Positions 23,849 through 36,217 of a stretch of DNA of 64,000 nucleotides are shown here, one piece after another. The notes beneath the pieces are model-generated. The model made no database searches, was not told where the DNA came from, and worked only from the letters and a program-made list of their open reading frames with translations. The position numbers and the translations under genes were made by a program. Position 1 is the stretch's first letter. Every line of letters starts with the position of its first letter. Location of the stretch: the NCBI GenBank assembly GCA_010093705.1, contig MU006093.1, positions 889,301 through 953,300 of the forward strand, read 5' to 3'. Source of the stretch: Patellaria atrata CBS 101060 (Eukaryota).

Positions 23849-26800
23849 TTATGCGCTCTTTTCGTGTTGTGTTGATACACGTTGGAGGGAGACAACTGGA
23901 ACAGCATGTTAGTATATATCACTACATAGTTGTGCTTTCTAATCCACTAACCGAAATCTTCGAGCGATCTTTGCTTGGTATCCTTCTTGATTGACTTGCC
24001 GTGCATAAGATTATCGAAACCAACGCTGTCTTGGAGCATATAGTAGACACCACCCATCTAAAGTGCAATTAGTATGTGGTATAAGTCTGAATAGGAATCA
24101 GTTACTTACGACGCAGAAAACACCAAAGGAGAAGATCCAAACCCTGACGACTGCGACGATGGAGGTTTGGCCACCAACGAAGAAACCCCAGATACAGAAG
24201 CAGGTGGCGATGATGTCGACAAGGAGAATGGCGCCGCTGAGTTGCCACGACGGAATGGATGACCAGAAGGGACCGTTAGCACGGGTGATGAAGATGAGCC
24301 AGTTCTCGGTGAGGGAGATTTGCAAGAAGAGGACTTCATCACGGACACCAAAGTTCTGAACGATACCACCGGAGATACCTTGACGGGCAGCGTTGGGTAG
24401 ATTCTGGTACGGGAACATAGTGGTCAAGGTAATCCAGGTACCGATAGCAAGAACAACACCGAGCAAGACTGACATGCCCCATAGCTTGGGAAGATTCCAC
24501 TTGACTGGAGTCTTGGAGAAAGGAGCATTGTCGTAGGCAATGGCAAGAGTAGCGATATCGGCGAAGATGGCGATGAAAACAACCAAGTTCAAGTTCATAG
24601 ATTCGTTGAGAATAGCGATCCAAAGACCAAGGAAGAATTCCAAATGTAGCGAAAGCGCGATACGGTAGACGACGTAGGCGTACATACGATGGAAAATCTG
24701 GCGGGAAGTCTTAAGAGCGTCAATGATAGCAGAGAGACCGGGTGCCAAGAAGACGATATCAGCGGCAGAACGGGCGGCATCGGAAGCACCTTCGACGGCA
24801 ATACCGGTATCAGCCTTCTTGAGAGACGGGGCGTCGTTGACACCATCACCAGTCATAGCAACGAGGTAACCACGCTGTTGGAGAATCTCGACGACATTGT
24901 ACTTGTGTTGGGGGAAAACCTCAGCGAAACCATCGGCAGCCTCGACGAAATCGTAGACCTCGGAACCAGGCATCTCACCACCACCACCAAGACCAAGGCG
25001 CTCAGCGTTGTAGACATTTGTACCTAGACCGAGTTGACGGGAAGTCTCACGAGCAATGCCAACGGCATCACCAGTCAACATCTTAATGGACAAACCGAGA
25101 GTCTTGGCTTCATTGATAGTGCGGGCAGTATCGTGACGAGGGGGATCGGCGCAAGGCATGATACCAAGGATTTCCCAAGCATCGTTTCCACGCTTGCGGG
25201 CAACACCGAGAGAACGGAAACCACGGGTAGCGAACTCAGCGACCTTGTTCTTATATGCTTCATCAATCTCAGCGGGAATGGGGTGATCTTCCTCGACGGT
25301 CTTCAGGACGAAAAGAGGTGCACCTTTGACACAGACGATGCGCTCACCCTGGGGAGACTCAACAACGGCTTGGACCTTCTTGGAAACAGGGTCGAAAGGA
25401 TGGAAGTCGAGAACCTTGTACTTGGTGAGGACGCTCTTAGCACGGGGATAGTATCGGAGAGATTTCAAGAAAGCCTTGTCGATCGCATCAATACCCTTCT
25501 TCTTGCGGGATGCGGCCAAGCAGGCAGTCAACATGAGATCATCTGGCTCAACACCAGCGACGGTATATGGCTCTGCGAGAGATAGCTTGTTCTTGGTGAG
25601 GGTACCAGTCTTATCGGAGCAAAGAATTTCGACACCGGCCAAGGATTCAATGGCAGAAAGCTTCTGGACAATAGCTTGTTTCTTGGCGAGGTAGGCGGCA
25701 CCGACAGCCATGGTGGTTGTGACGACAGCGGGGAGACCGACTGGCACACCAATGATGGTAATGGCAAGGGTGAACTCCAATATGAGCTTGATGGGATTGG
25801 AGCGATAAAACGAGGAGACCCAGACGACCAAGAGAGTGACAATGACGAGGATGAGAAGAACGGTACCAATACCGTTCAAGACTTCAGTGAAATGACCAGT
25901 TCCAGCGGAAGCGGAGGCGACCAGAGATGCAGCACGACCAACGAAGGTGCTATCACCAGTCGCAGTGATAACCATAAAGGCTTCACCACGCTTGACGGCT
26001 GAGGAAGCATAGCAAGTGTCACCCTTGTGCTTATCGACGGCAAGAGACTCGCCGGTGATGGACGATTGATCGACTTGGAGGAAAGCGTCTTCAGTGATGA
26101 TGCGACCGTCAGCGGGAATAATGGTACCCTGTGTGATGTGTTAATATTAAGAGTGAGTGAGAATAACAGTTTGGAAGANNNNNNNNNNNNNNNNNNNNNN
26201 NNNNNNNNNNNNNNNNNNNNNNNNNNNNNNNNNNNNNNNNNNNNNNNNNNNNNNNNNNNNNNNNNNNNNNNNNNNNNNAAAAAAAAAACTTACGTCTTCG
26301 ATTTGAAGGACATCACCAGGAACGACTTCGGGTGCCTCAATTTCAGTAAGCTTTCCGTCACGGAGAACGGTTGCCTTCAAAGCGAGAGTCTTCTTGAGTT
26401 CCTCGACAATAGAACCAGCTTGGAATTCCTGAACGAAACCGACAGTAGCGTTAAGCAAAAGCAACGCGCAAATGACACCAAAATCGACCCAATCGCGAAG
26501 ACCGGCAGCAAGGATAGCGGCAGCCTAGTGAAGTCAGTTCGCGTCCAGTACGAGTTGAGACGATAAGGCGATTAGATCTTACCTCCATGACGAACTGAAT
26601 AGGACCAACGAAGTACATAAGGAACTTGAGAATCAGGTTCTCCTTCTCTTCCTTCATCTGATTAAGACCGTACTTTTTCCTTCGAGAGAGGACTTCCTGG
26701 CCTGAAAGACCGTGGCGGGGATCCGTTTGGAGCAAATCCTCGCTACGTCGCGTTAGTCTATGGTGGCAATGATGACGATACTGTTTTACTCACGGGACTG

Positions 26801-27112
26801 TGCGAGCTCCACCTGGTACTGTTACATCTTCCTCCTCGTCGATGTGAGCATCTTGGGATTCGAGCTCCTCGATGAGGGCATCCATGTCCTCTTCCTCGTC
26901 TTCATCCTCCTCGAGTCCTTTCTTGGGAGGCAGGTCAGTAGTTGGTGCATCGCGGTATTCCTTCTTCTCGTCCAGAGCACCGGACGGTACAGAAGTACCT
27001 AAGTGATTAGCTATACAGATGTTAGTGTGTGCGAATTCAAGCAAGAGGAAAAAACTTGACGCGACTTACGAGGGGTGGTCCCCGATTCGCCGTGAGGCGC
27101 TGTGTCCGCCAT
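23849..27112 (-). CDS. PMA1: Plasma membrane H+-ATPase (P3A type)
   Basis: [34 protein letters not shown]-terminal [21 protein letters not shown]. Several introns, one containing the N gap. Confidence 0.97.
26179..26278. other. Assembly gap (100 N) inside a PMA1 intron, next to a poly-A run
   Basis: N run. Confidence 1.
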
Positions 27113-27529
27113 TGCGGATTGTAATCGAGGATACTGTAGCTAAAAATTTACGATTGCTACAATGTCCAAAGTCTACCCAGCTAGGGATGCTTTGATGATG
27201 GAGTGTGAAACGCGTCGGGTGGTGATAATGACGAGAAGGGTGAAGAAAGAATAACTATTGAATGAGGATACGATCAGCTTTTATTTTGACTCTCTCAAAT
27301 CTCCGCAACGCAGCTAGCGTCAATTGGGAATTTAGCTAGGCTGTTGAGATGAACCAGGGCAAGGATAGCACGAAGCTTCCAATTGGGAATTAGGAAGCTT
27401 GACTGGAGGGCTGAACTTCGGAAACAACCGTCTGGGCCAATGATAACCGTGGTCCGGAGCTCCCCTCTTATCGAAACAATTGCAGAACAGTCAAACACCG
27501 AATGTCCTTTTTTCTTTTTTGCTTTCTCC

Positions 27530-27553
27530 AAGCTTACAAGCTTACAAGCTTAC
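27530..27553 (-). repeat. (GTAAGCTT)x3 tandem repeat in the PMA1 leader
   Basis: aagcttacaagcttacaagcttac on the + strand. Confidence 0.9.
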
Positions 27554-27818
27554 GGAGCTTGACCGGTACGTATCAATGTCGTAGTCAAATTCCATATCGT
27601 CGTCGCCAAAAATAAATCCCGCAACGGCCAGTGGAAGCTCCAGGGTAACATAGGTAAAAGGAAAATCAGAGCAATGGCAAACTTACCACTCGAATTACGG
27701 TTCAATTGACCACCGGAGATCCAGCCCGCAACCAAGCTCAGCAGCTCTCACCGTCGAGGGAGAGTTGTGGTGAGGTATCTATCTTGAAGACAAACGCTCA
27801 AACACAACACAAGAGATG

Positions 27819-27857
27819 GAGTGGAGAGGAGAGAGGAGAGGAAAGGAATTGAGGAGG
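27819..27857 (-). promoter_or_regulatory. CT-rich box, probable PMA1 transcription start region
   Basis: Pyrimidine tract cctttcctctcctctctcctctccactcc on the - strand, typical of highly expressed fungal genes. Confidence 0.5.
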
Positions 27858-30800
27858 TCGAGGGGATGACGGATCGATCACTCTTCAGGAACAAGAGCGA
27901 AAGGTAGAGAATTAGGTGATGAGGGGATGCGACAGCTCTTTAAAGGAAGCCACTTGTGTTCTGAACGGCTCTCGTTGCCAATGACATGCTGCACGCTAAA
28001 CTGCGAAGTGACGGGCGTGATCAACCCAATTATGTCTCCACGGATTAGGCGGATTTCCCTATCTCTGTTAGAGTACCTTTGCACTCCCTTGTCACTTTTC
28101 TCTCTGAAGGGATCAAGCGCTGTTGAGGCCTTTTCCCCCAAGGCCCGATCCCGCCCCCCGACGATCAACACCGACCGTGGTAATTTTCCTCACTCCCACA
28201 CCTTCCGATCCCCAACACAGGTAAGCTTCCTATCAATCCATTATTACTCCTCTCGCTACATAATCATTGAATATTCTGCATAAGTTTGCGCTGTTTTATT
28301 TATACTCGATTCTTCTTGTCACTATACAGTTCATTCATCCGTTGCAGGTAAGTCGGGTTTCATTGGACTTGTCAATTGCTTTTTAGAACCGACCAAGCAC
28401 TTGTCCCTTCTTGGTCCTCCATATGGTAATTCGAGCAATAAAGCAACTCTACGCTCGACCGGAAGCGGAAAAGGAATTGGCTATTATTGCTATCTATCGT
28501 TCAGAGGCTAGGGCGGCAAACCTACCTAGAACTAGTGATTCAAAACAATTACATACGCGAACGCCCGCTATGGATGGTTTTCACACTTTTTGCTGGATGA
28601 CAGATGGGTAATCCATAACTGGCTCCACATTCATGATTCGGATAGCCTCTCATAAGGCCCGGTTACGACATGGTCAAGCACCCTTGCGGGATGGTCCAGC
28701 CGACAGAGCCAGCCCGCCCCGCGTGTCAATTTCTGCTGGGCTCGGAGTGCCTGGTCGTTGGAGGTTTTCGGTTTTTCACAGCTGTCCCCTCGGACGAGGA
28801 AGGGTCGGCATCTAGAAGGCTATTCATGGCATCTGGTAGAATAAGGATTGAGCTGGCGTTACGAGCGGTGAGCTTCAACAGTTGCAATTGTCAGTGAATT
28901 GAAGCCGCATGGTCAATAAGTTTCCGTCCGGCGCATGAACCTCCTCGAACAGTGAACGCGGGATTTTCTTTTCTTGGCTTCAAAACAAGCAACTTCTTGG
29001 GTTTCTTTGTGGAAGCGTCTTCAGAAGAATGTATCAAAACTCCGCAAAACAGACGAAACGTTAACCTTGCTAGTGTCCGCCATACGATTCAGCGCTTCAT
29101 GCGTTTGCTACCGAAGACGTTTTTTTCAAGCCTCATCTTTCCTTGCTTCTCTCACCCTCAAGCTTTGTGAAGCTGCCAGGACTGCAAGGGAGATCAAACG
29201 GGCACGGTGTCTCAGAAGTAACGAATCTTCTTTGGTGAAAGTTAGAATAACGTTTGAAAACCGAAATACCTCGTTGATCAAAGTTTGTGAGCCCACATTC
29301 AATTGCAATTCTTCAATGCATATTCTGGCTTTTTGTTACGAGAATATCGGTATGGCTACCTACTAATAATAATACTGCTCCGTGAGGCCAACGACATATC
29401 CAACTAAGGAGAATACGGCAATGCGCATGCCACGTTTGGATGGCACGGATTCCTATTCATCCTTCGGGGTTCATCTGATCAAACCCTATTCCCGTTAATT
29501 GGGTAAACTTGTCAACTACCTTACTAACACTACTCGGCCTTTGAACTTTTAATACAGCACTCAACGCAATCGCCGTTACGTATCCGATCAAAAATGCGAT
29601 CACGATTGTTTATGCTTTTTATCGTGAGTTAGCAGCTTCTCTACTCGATTGTTAATAGTGAAAAACGTCAATGGCGGCAACAAGTGGCATTCGCGCAAGC
29701 CAGCCGGCACTAAAGAGCTTGGGTGCAGCAACACGATCCTGGATCATTGATACGGTTTGGTCCAATCAAATAAGCACAGTTCGCCGATGATTCAAAGATG
29801 ACTGGGTAGCTTAAGGTATGATGCTTTGCGTTTGCGGGGATGTTTCTGTCTCGGGAGTCTTTGGGCGTTGGCCTTCCAACCTCCCTATCAACGACCGAAC
29901 CGTTTATCACGACACTATACAGCCGCTATAACGAATCGTACAGCTACTAACATAGCCTCAAGATGAACAAGATAAATTTTATATTTCTTTTAGTACTTCT
30001 CCATATCTCGGTCGACTACAATTGAAGTCTCGAGGACGTCTTCCCGAGCTTCTCGGGGAGGGAGCACGGACCCGCATCACGTCCGTCGGAGGCTTGCTTA
30101 CACCATAACCTAGACATCTCCAGGTAAGGTTTGCGGATGTACTCCGTACACCGTTCCGTATCCTCACCGTACGCTCACGCTCCTTCGGTCTTTGCGTTAC
30201 CGTACTTTCGAAGGCATATTCAAAATGCCAATGGATACATGATCCAGGAACCTCATGGTTCGCATCAATATCAGAGACGATTTTGACAAGACGATCCGAT
30301 ATCATCCTATCGGCAACCGAGGAAGTGTAGCCGTGCAAAACATATACCAAGAGTGTCCCTTTGCTCAAGCTATGCCTGCCATGACTGCCAACCCTGCCAA
30401 GTCTGGCTAATTATCGATCGCATGCAAATTAAACGAAACGGTCCGGCGCCGGTGCATAATTAAGCTGATCACCCTGTACCCAAACCGAGTCAAATGCACA
30501 CCCACTTCCCTGCATAAGTAGGGATAAGCAAAGATTCTGCAGATAAGCGATCGATGTTCAGTCATAGCAATCGACCGTCAAAGAGAGAACAATGCCCAAC
30601 AGCTACCCTCGAGCAGAAGTTATATCAACCACTAGAGGTTCGCATCAGAGAAAGAGATCTTGTTAGACCTATTTCTAGGGAATGGCTACGAAAGAAATTT
30701 TCTTCGCCGTCGACCTCTCATACGACTTACCAACCGGATTAATCAATGGCTCTTTCGTTTCAAGCAAGATTCCAACCTGGCCGAACAAATTGCAACACGT

Positions 30801-33637
30801 TCCCTTACCATCCCGGTATCAACTTCGAAATGCACGGCATTGAGCTTACAAGAGCCATTTTTGGACAGATGTTCACATCTTGTCGTGAATGTTCAAGCAT
30901 TTGCGGTAATGATGTGATGTTGCGACATTCTCGCAGCTATCTATCGAAAAGTCTTGACTGTCTTGGACGATCAACCCGTAACACTTGGCCCTATAAGACT
31001 GCATCAACTTCTGTATTACTCCCAAAATGTTGGGCTCTCTGAACGATTGATGTTCGTGGACTTTGATATTACATTTCGACGTGTCCATCTGGAAAAATAT
31101 CGAGAACTTGGCTCAATCAGCAGAGTAGTATTGACTGTTGACAGATACCGCAGTGTTTCTAGTTTCAATATCGCTCGACCATTATAGCTCCCCCACGCTA
31201 ACGGGACCTTCACTAAACATTTCCTTTCCACCGTAGCTTCCCGCACATATAATTTTCAATATAGGCTGGCACTACTCTATATTACAGTATTCGAACATAG
31301 ACAGGCTCGGACCGATCCATATAGGGTTCCAGTCGGAAGAGCAAAAGATCAAAAGCGAAGTTATCACAGTCTAGAAAATGTAGTTATGTAACCGTTTGGC
31401 TCAACTGGGAGGATGATGGCGACGTCAAGTTACGATATTTAGCGCAGGTCCATCCTAGAACCCGTAATTCTCTAAATACGTTTCGCCACGATACATGGAA
31501 ATCCGAGGGTGTCAGAAGTCCACTTTAATAAGTTCACGAGGACCTAAGCCGCGATATAGTACGAACTAGTTTTCGGCTGTTGCTACTGAGGTATTGTAGC
31601 CACATTTCACCGTCTCGGCGAACAAGTAAATGGCTCAAATCGGGCGGTAAAAATTCGTCGCACATCGTGTTTCACTATTCGAAGAAAATTTTCATATCCA
31701 GAAACGAAGATGGAGGTATAGCGCTCATGGTCTAAGATCAACGGCAGTTTTTTTTGTTACGATATCATCGTCATACCTTTTCTATCTTGAGTCTCGAGTC
31801 ATCTCATAGCTCTCATGAAGCCTTTTTTTTTTTCTTAGCTCAAGATAGACGGAGTTTTTCAACTCGGGACTCTACCTTACAACTTTATCCATTCGTACCA
31901 TGTGGAAAGCACGTTTCTTGAAACTTGAAAGTGAGGTACATTTTCGCTCCCGACATCTGTGTACCGTGATTTAAATAGCTTAGGATCTACAACGCGGATG
32001 TATTTCTATTTTTTGTCTTCTGGAATTTCCAACCTCGAAACCGAGGAGGCATGGGATTTGGATAGAACTTCAGAATCTTTAGGTCCAAACTGGAACTACG
32101 GTAGGAACTGCTCAACAATCCACACTTTCGTTGATCAAATGTAAGGTACAGTCCCGCGGCTTGCCGTATCTAAGCCAAGCAAAACTCGGGAATAAGAATT
32201 GGATATCTGATTGAGAGAATCATGAGTCTTGTTCTACAACGTATCGAAGAATCGGTATACGTCCTCCTCGTACTACTGAACTATGGACGGCTCCCCATTG
32301 TTCATACCACGTCACGTATACTATCTCTTCGACACACATGTAGGGTGTATATAGAGTTTTAGAATTATTTTAATCACTTCCTTTGCGATTGCATACGTAT
32401 CAATATCTATATCGTGACATCTTCAACTATTCGCATCATTGAGAGCATTACCTCAATTGATATCGACATGTTGTTGTACGAAATGAACCGAATTATCCGA
32501 GTAAATCCAACCCACAATACCACCTTCGACACCCAGCCTTTCTTCAACACAGCGCCATCACTTCGCATAGCATTTCACAGTTGCTTCTATCCTAGAGAGG
32601 GTATTCTCGCCTTATCTAATTCCGTCATTTTCCAATCATTCAGCTCATGTCCCACCTAAGCATCTTCCTCTAGAGACAACGAGCAATGAAGTTGAAGGTA
32701 GTCAATACAGTCCAATGTGATAGGTGAACCTATGCTTTATCAATCCAAAAGCCTTTAGAGTGCAGCTCGTTCGTACCGTCAGTCAACCGACTATGCCGCC
32801 ATATGGCTTCAAAGACATCATATGAACAAAGTTCGACCCATGCTCCCCATCATCCATCCTTCAGATTCTCAATTCCATTTCCATCCCCCATCAAGCAACT
32901 CCGGAGAGATGTGCATAACGGACACCGACTCTTCTGCCCCATCTCTGGCGTTCCGCGCTGGAAGTTTGACAGTGTGAGTGTAAAAATTATCTCTCATATC
33001 CATATGCTCTCCAACTTCTCCTGGTAGACTCGTGTCCATACAGAGTAGAATAACGCCCGATCTCAACCCCCCCCCCTTCCCGTACTTTTGACTGCTTACT
33101 TCGTACTTCGTACTTCCTTATCCTTTCCGTGTCTGGTGTTGTGTGGTGGACACGATATCCCCTCCCCTCACTTTTGACGAGGACGGTGAATTGGTAGTTA
33201 TTGCGGTAAGAACATCCAGCTGAACGAAAGTCCAGCGGAGCGCGAGGACGTTAGTTTAATTCAAGGAAGGTGAGTGGTAGTTATATGTGTGTCGTGAAGC
33301 CGATATGTACGATAAACGTTGGTTATTACACGCAAGAGATTGATTCACTACGAGCTTATGAGTAAAAACACCATACGCCTTCGACAAGGCATTTTAATCC
33401 CAACCCGTATCCCAAACGGAGCGGACGAGCGCAATTCCCAAACCCAACCGCCACGACGTTGATAGAAGTACAAAACTCAAACCCTCGCATACCGCAGATA
33501 CCTTCAGATAATCCATCCGACAATCAGGAATTTTATGAAATACCATGATTTTTGAAACCGTCACGAACGCCTGTAAAAGCCGAGTGGGGGAAGACAACCC
33601 CTTTCCAATTCAATAATCAACATGTATATCTTTTGGC

Positions 33638-34953
33638 CTACCACGCCATCGCCTCCTTAACCTTCGCCTTAGCTTCCTGCGCGCCCCTAACCGCCAGATT
33701 GTCCGCAGCGACGTTACCTGGATCGTTCGCGTGGCCCTTGAGCCAGGTGAATTTAGTCTGGACGCCCGCGGCCTCCCTCTCCTCGATTTTGAGCACGATC
33801 GCCTCGACGAGGTCCTTGTTCTCGACCGGTTTCTTGGCCGACGTGACCCAACCGTTGGTGCGCCAGCTCTTGAACCACTCCGTCACGCACTGGATCCCGT
33901 AATGCGAGTCGGAGTAGATGTTGACGGAGACGTGCATGGCTGCGATGTCGAGGGCGCGCTGGATAGCGGTGAGTTCCGCGCGCTGGTTTGTCTGACGCGC
34001 GCCTTTGAGAGCTTCGGAAACATTCCTGTCGATATCATGTCAGCGATAGCGGTCTGCAACTTGGATATAAAGACGTACCTGGGATCGTTGGGCCCAAAGT
34101 ACACGCCCACTCCAGCGATTGCTCCATGGCGACCGTTTCCTAAGGCACTCCCGTCAGTGTAAATATCCATGGCACCTTTGAGAGCACCGGTTGGATGAGC
34201 TTTCCTAGCAAGCAGCTGTTTCTCGGTCTTGTATTCCGCCATATTCGTCTCAGGATTGAAGATAATACCGCGATCAAAACCATCCTCCGCGTCAATCGGT
34301 AAGGGTGCAGTCCCAGGTTCAGGAGTTGCGAACTCCTCGTCTCCAAAGCTGTCTCCCCCATCGCTGCTCCTCTTCAGCTTCTTGGCTGCCGTTGGTATAT
34401 CAATCTCATCCTCGGGATAGATGCTCACGTTTGGATTCGCTTGCCCGCTGTTGTTACCAGCTCTGACGAACGCCTCCGCTTCCGCCCTGGAAGTGAAACT
34501 CTTATGTTTGGGCTTTGTCCACCCAGTAATCTGCTTTGAAGCTGTTGGCCAATCTGTATAGACTCCAGGTACGCGACCACATTGAACAGCGTAGTACTTC
34601 TGTAAGGATGATTTCGGAGGCTTCACGGCAGTCTTGTCATTGATGAACGCTTCCGCATCCGTAAGTGAACCGAATGACTTATCTGTTGGAGGTAAAGTAA
34701 TCAGCAATCTGAATAGATTCGCGCATTTGGGATACCCACAGATTGCACCTTTGAACCCCTTGACCTGAGAAAAGCAGTCCGCCCAGCTGTGATAGATCCC
34801 AGGGGTGAAGCCATTCCTCACAGCGTAGAACTTGGGTTCTGCTCGCTTTCGCTTACTCCCTGACGAGGCATTGGTGGAAGCGCTCTCTGACTTCACATCT
34901 TCAGCAGCGTTGCCCAGACCATTAGCCATGGTCCAGTTTCCTGTCTCACCCAT
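33638..34953 (-). CDS. RNH1: Ribonuclease H1 with two N-terminal hybrid-binding domains
   Basis: KFYAVRNGFTPGIYHSW and KYYAVQCGRVPGVYTDW repeats; catalytic IYTDGS, TNQRAEL, YSDSHY, KGHA..GNVAAD. Introns 34683-34739 and 34026-34078. Confidence 0.92.
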
Positions 34954-35448
34954 GCTGTCAAACTTGTCACAAGCTCTTCTGTTCCGCGTAGCCAAGTGCT
35001 GATATCCACTGTATAATAAAATCGCACTTGGCAGTGCACAGGGCCCTGCTCGGTGATATGGAGGCTTGTTTATGAGTCTTTGTGCTCCCACCCAGAGCAG
35101 TAGGTAGCTCCTTTGAGTATTACGGAGAAGTATATTGGCGACGAATTCGGGAGAGTGCGTGATTGAGATTGAGCTGTGAAACGAGGATCTAGGGCAATCA
35201 TTAGTAAAGGAGAGACAATAGTGAGGGAGTTAGGTAATGTGGGTGAAAGGTATATACCTTACTGTACTTCAAGTTTGGAGTATCAATAGCTCGGCACACA
35301 AGCTCACCTCTTTGCAGATCTTGTCTTAACGCTTGTTGCGGCGACTCTCTTCGAAGAAATAGGGGAAGACGGAAGAGCTGTCCTCGTGAGGGAGACGTAA
35401 GTTATGAGGGGGAAGAAGGGAGGATGTGGTTTTTTTTTTTGGGGGGGG

Positions 35449-35548
35449 NNNNNNNNNNNNNNNNNNNNNNNNNNNNNNNNNNNNNNNNNNNNNNNNNNNN
35501 NNNNNNNNNNNNNNNNNNNNNNNNNNNNNNNNNNNNNNNNNNNNNNNN
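35449..35548. other. Assembly gap (100 N) flanked by poly-G runs
   Basis: N run with G8 on the left and a longer G run on the right. Confidence 1.
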
Positions 35549-36217
35549 CACGGGGGGGGGGGACCTAGGGTTGGTGGTGCCGAAGGAGGGGGCAGAAAAT
35601 GGGAAACCGCGACCCCCCCAACTCTTTCACCGCACGGGATAAAGCCGACGCCATCAGCGTTCTCTCGCAGGCCTTTGTTGGAGTTTGGTGTCGCCCGTAA
35701 ACAAAGGACGGGATTCTGAAGAAGGTTGGGATCAAAGACAACGAGAAGATCAAGAAAGAGTAGAGAGCCGAAGGTATACAGGAAGGAGTAGCTACTGTAC
35801 CTTAGCACTCTTCCCGACGCAGTTGCACATACATCAAAAGTTACTAACTAAAAGTGACGAAAGCAGATTAATTACCACAACCTAATAATGCAGTGTCAGA
35901 GTGTGTGACTACTTTGTAAACTTGATCCCACCTTTGTCGTGGTGCAGAAAGCGGAGCCGATCATTGCAACCTTGGAGCCGGATACAGTACAGCAGGCCAG
36001 TATCAGAGTATCACAATACTTTATACATACAGTACATGAAATATATTTAATAACGTCCCACCTCAACTGAGCTGCTTCCAATCCCTCCCCGCCTACGTTG
36101 CACTCCAAAGAGATACATATATATTTTGGTATAAATCACCTCGCACAGCCAAGCACTTCCGCCGTCTTGGACACTTTCAAACTTTTCTTATGTCGCATTG
36201 TCTCTGATTGCCAAGTC

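Noticed and set aside
28400..32700. Short ORFs (60-130 aa) in the region upstream of PMA1
   Set aside because: No recognisable motifs or coding-like composition, many rely on GTG/TTG starts, and no transposon termini were seen.
33220..33362. GAAAGTCC ... GAGCTTAT resembling RNase P/MRP conserved regions I and V
   Set aside because: The P4 strands do not pair properly and the spacing (about 130 nt) is too short.
33638..34953. RNase H as a sign of a retrotransposon
   Set aside because: It has introns and two hybrid-binding domains typical of cellular RNase H1; no RT, integrase or LTRs nearby.
35563..35578. CAACCCTAG resembling a telomerase RNA template near a pseudoknot
   Set aside because: Not a full CTAACCCTAA-type template, and it lies 3' of the pseudoknot on that strand (wrong order).
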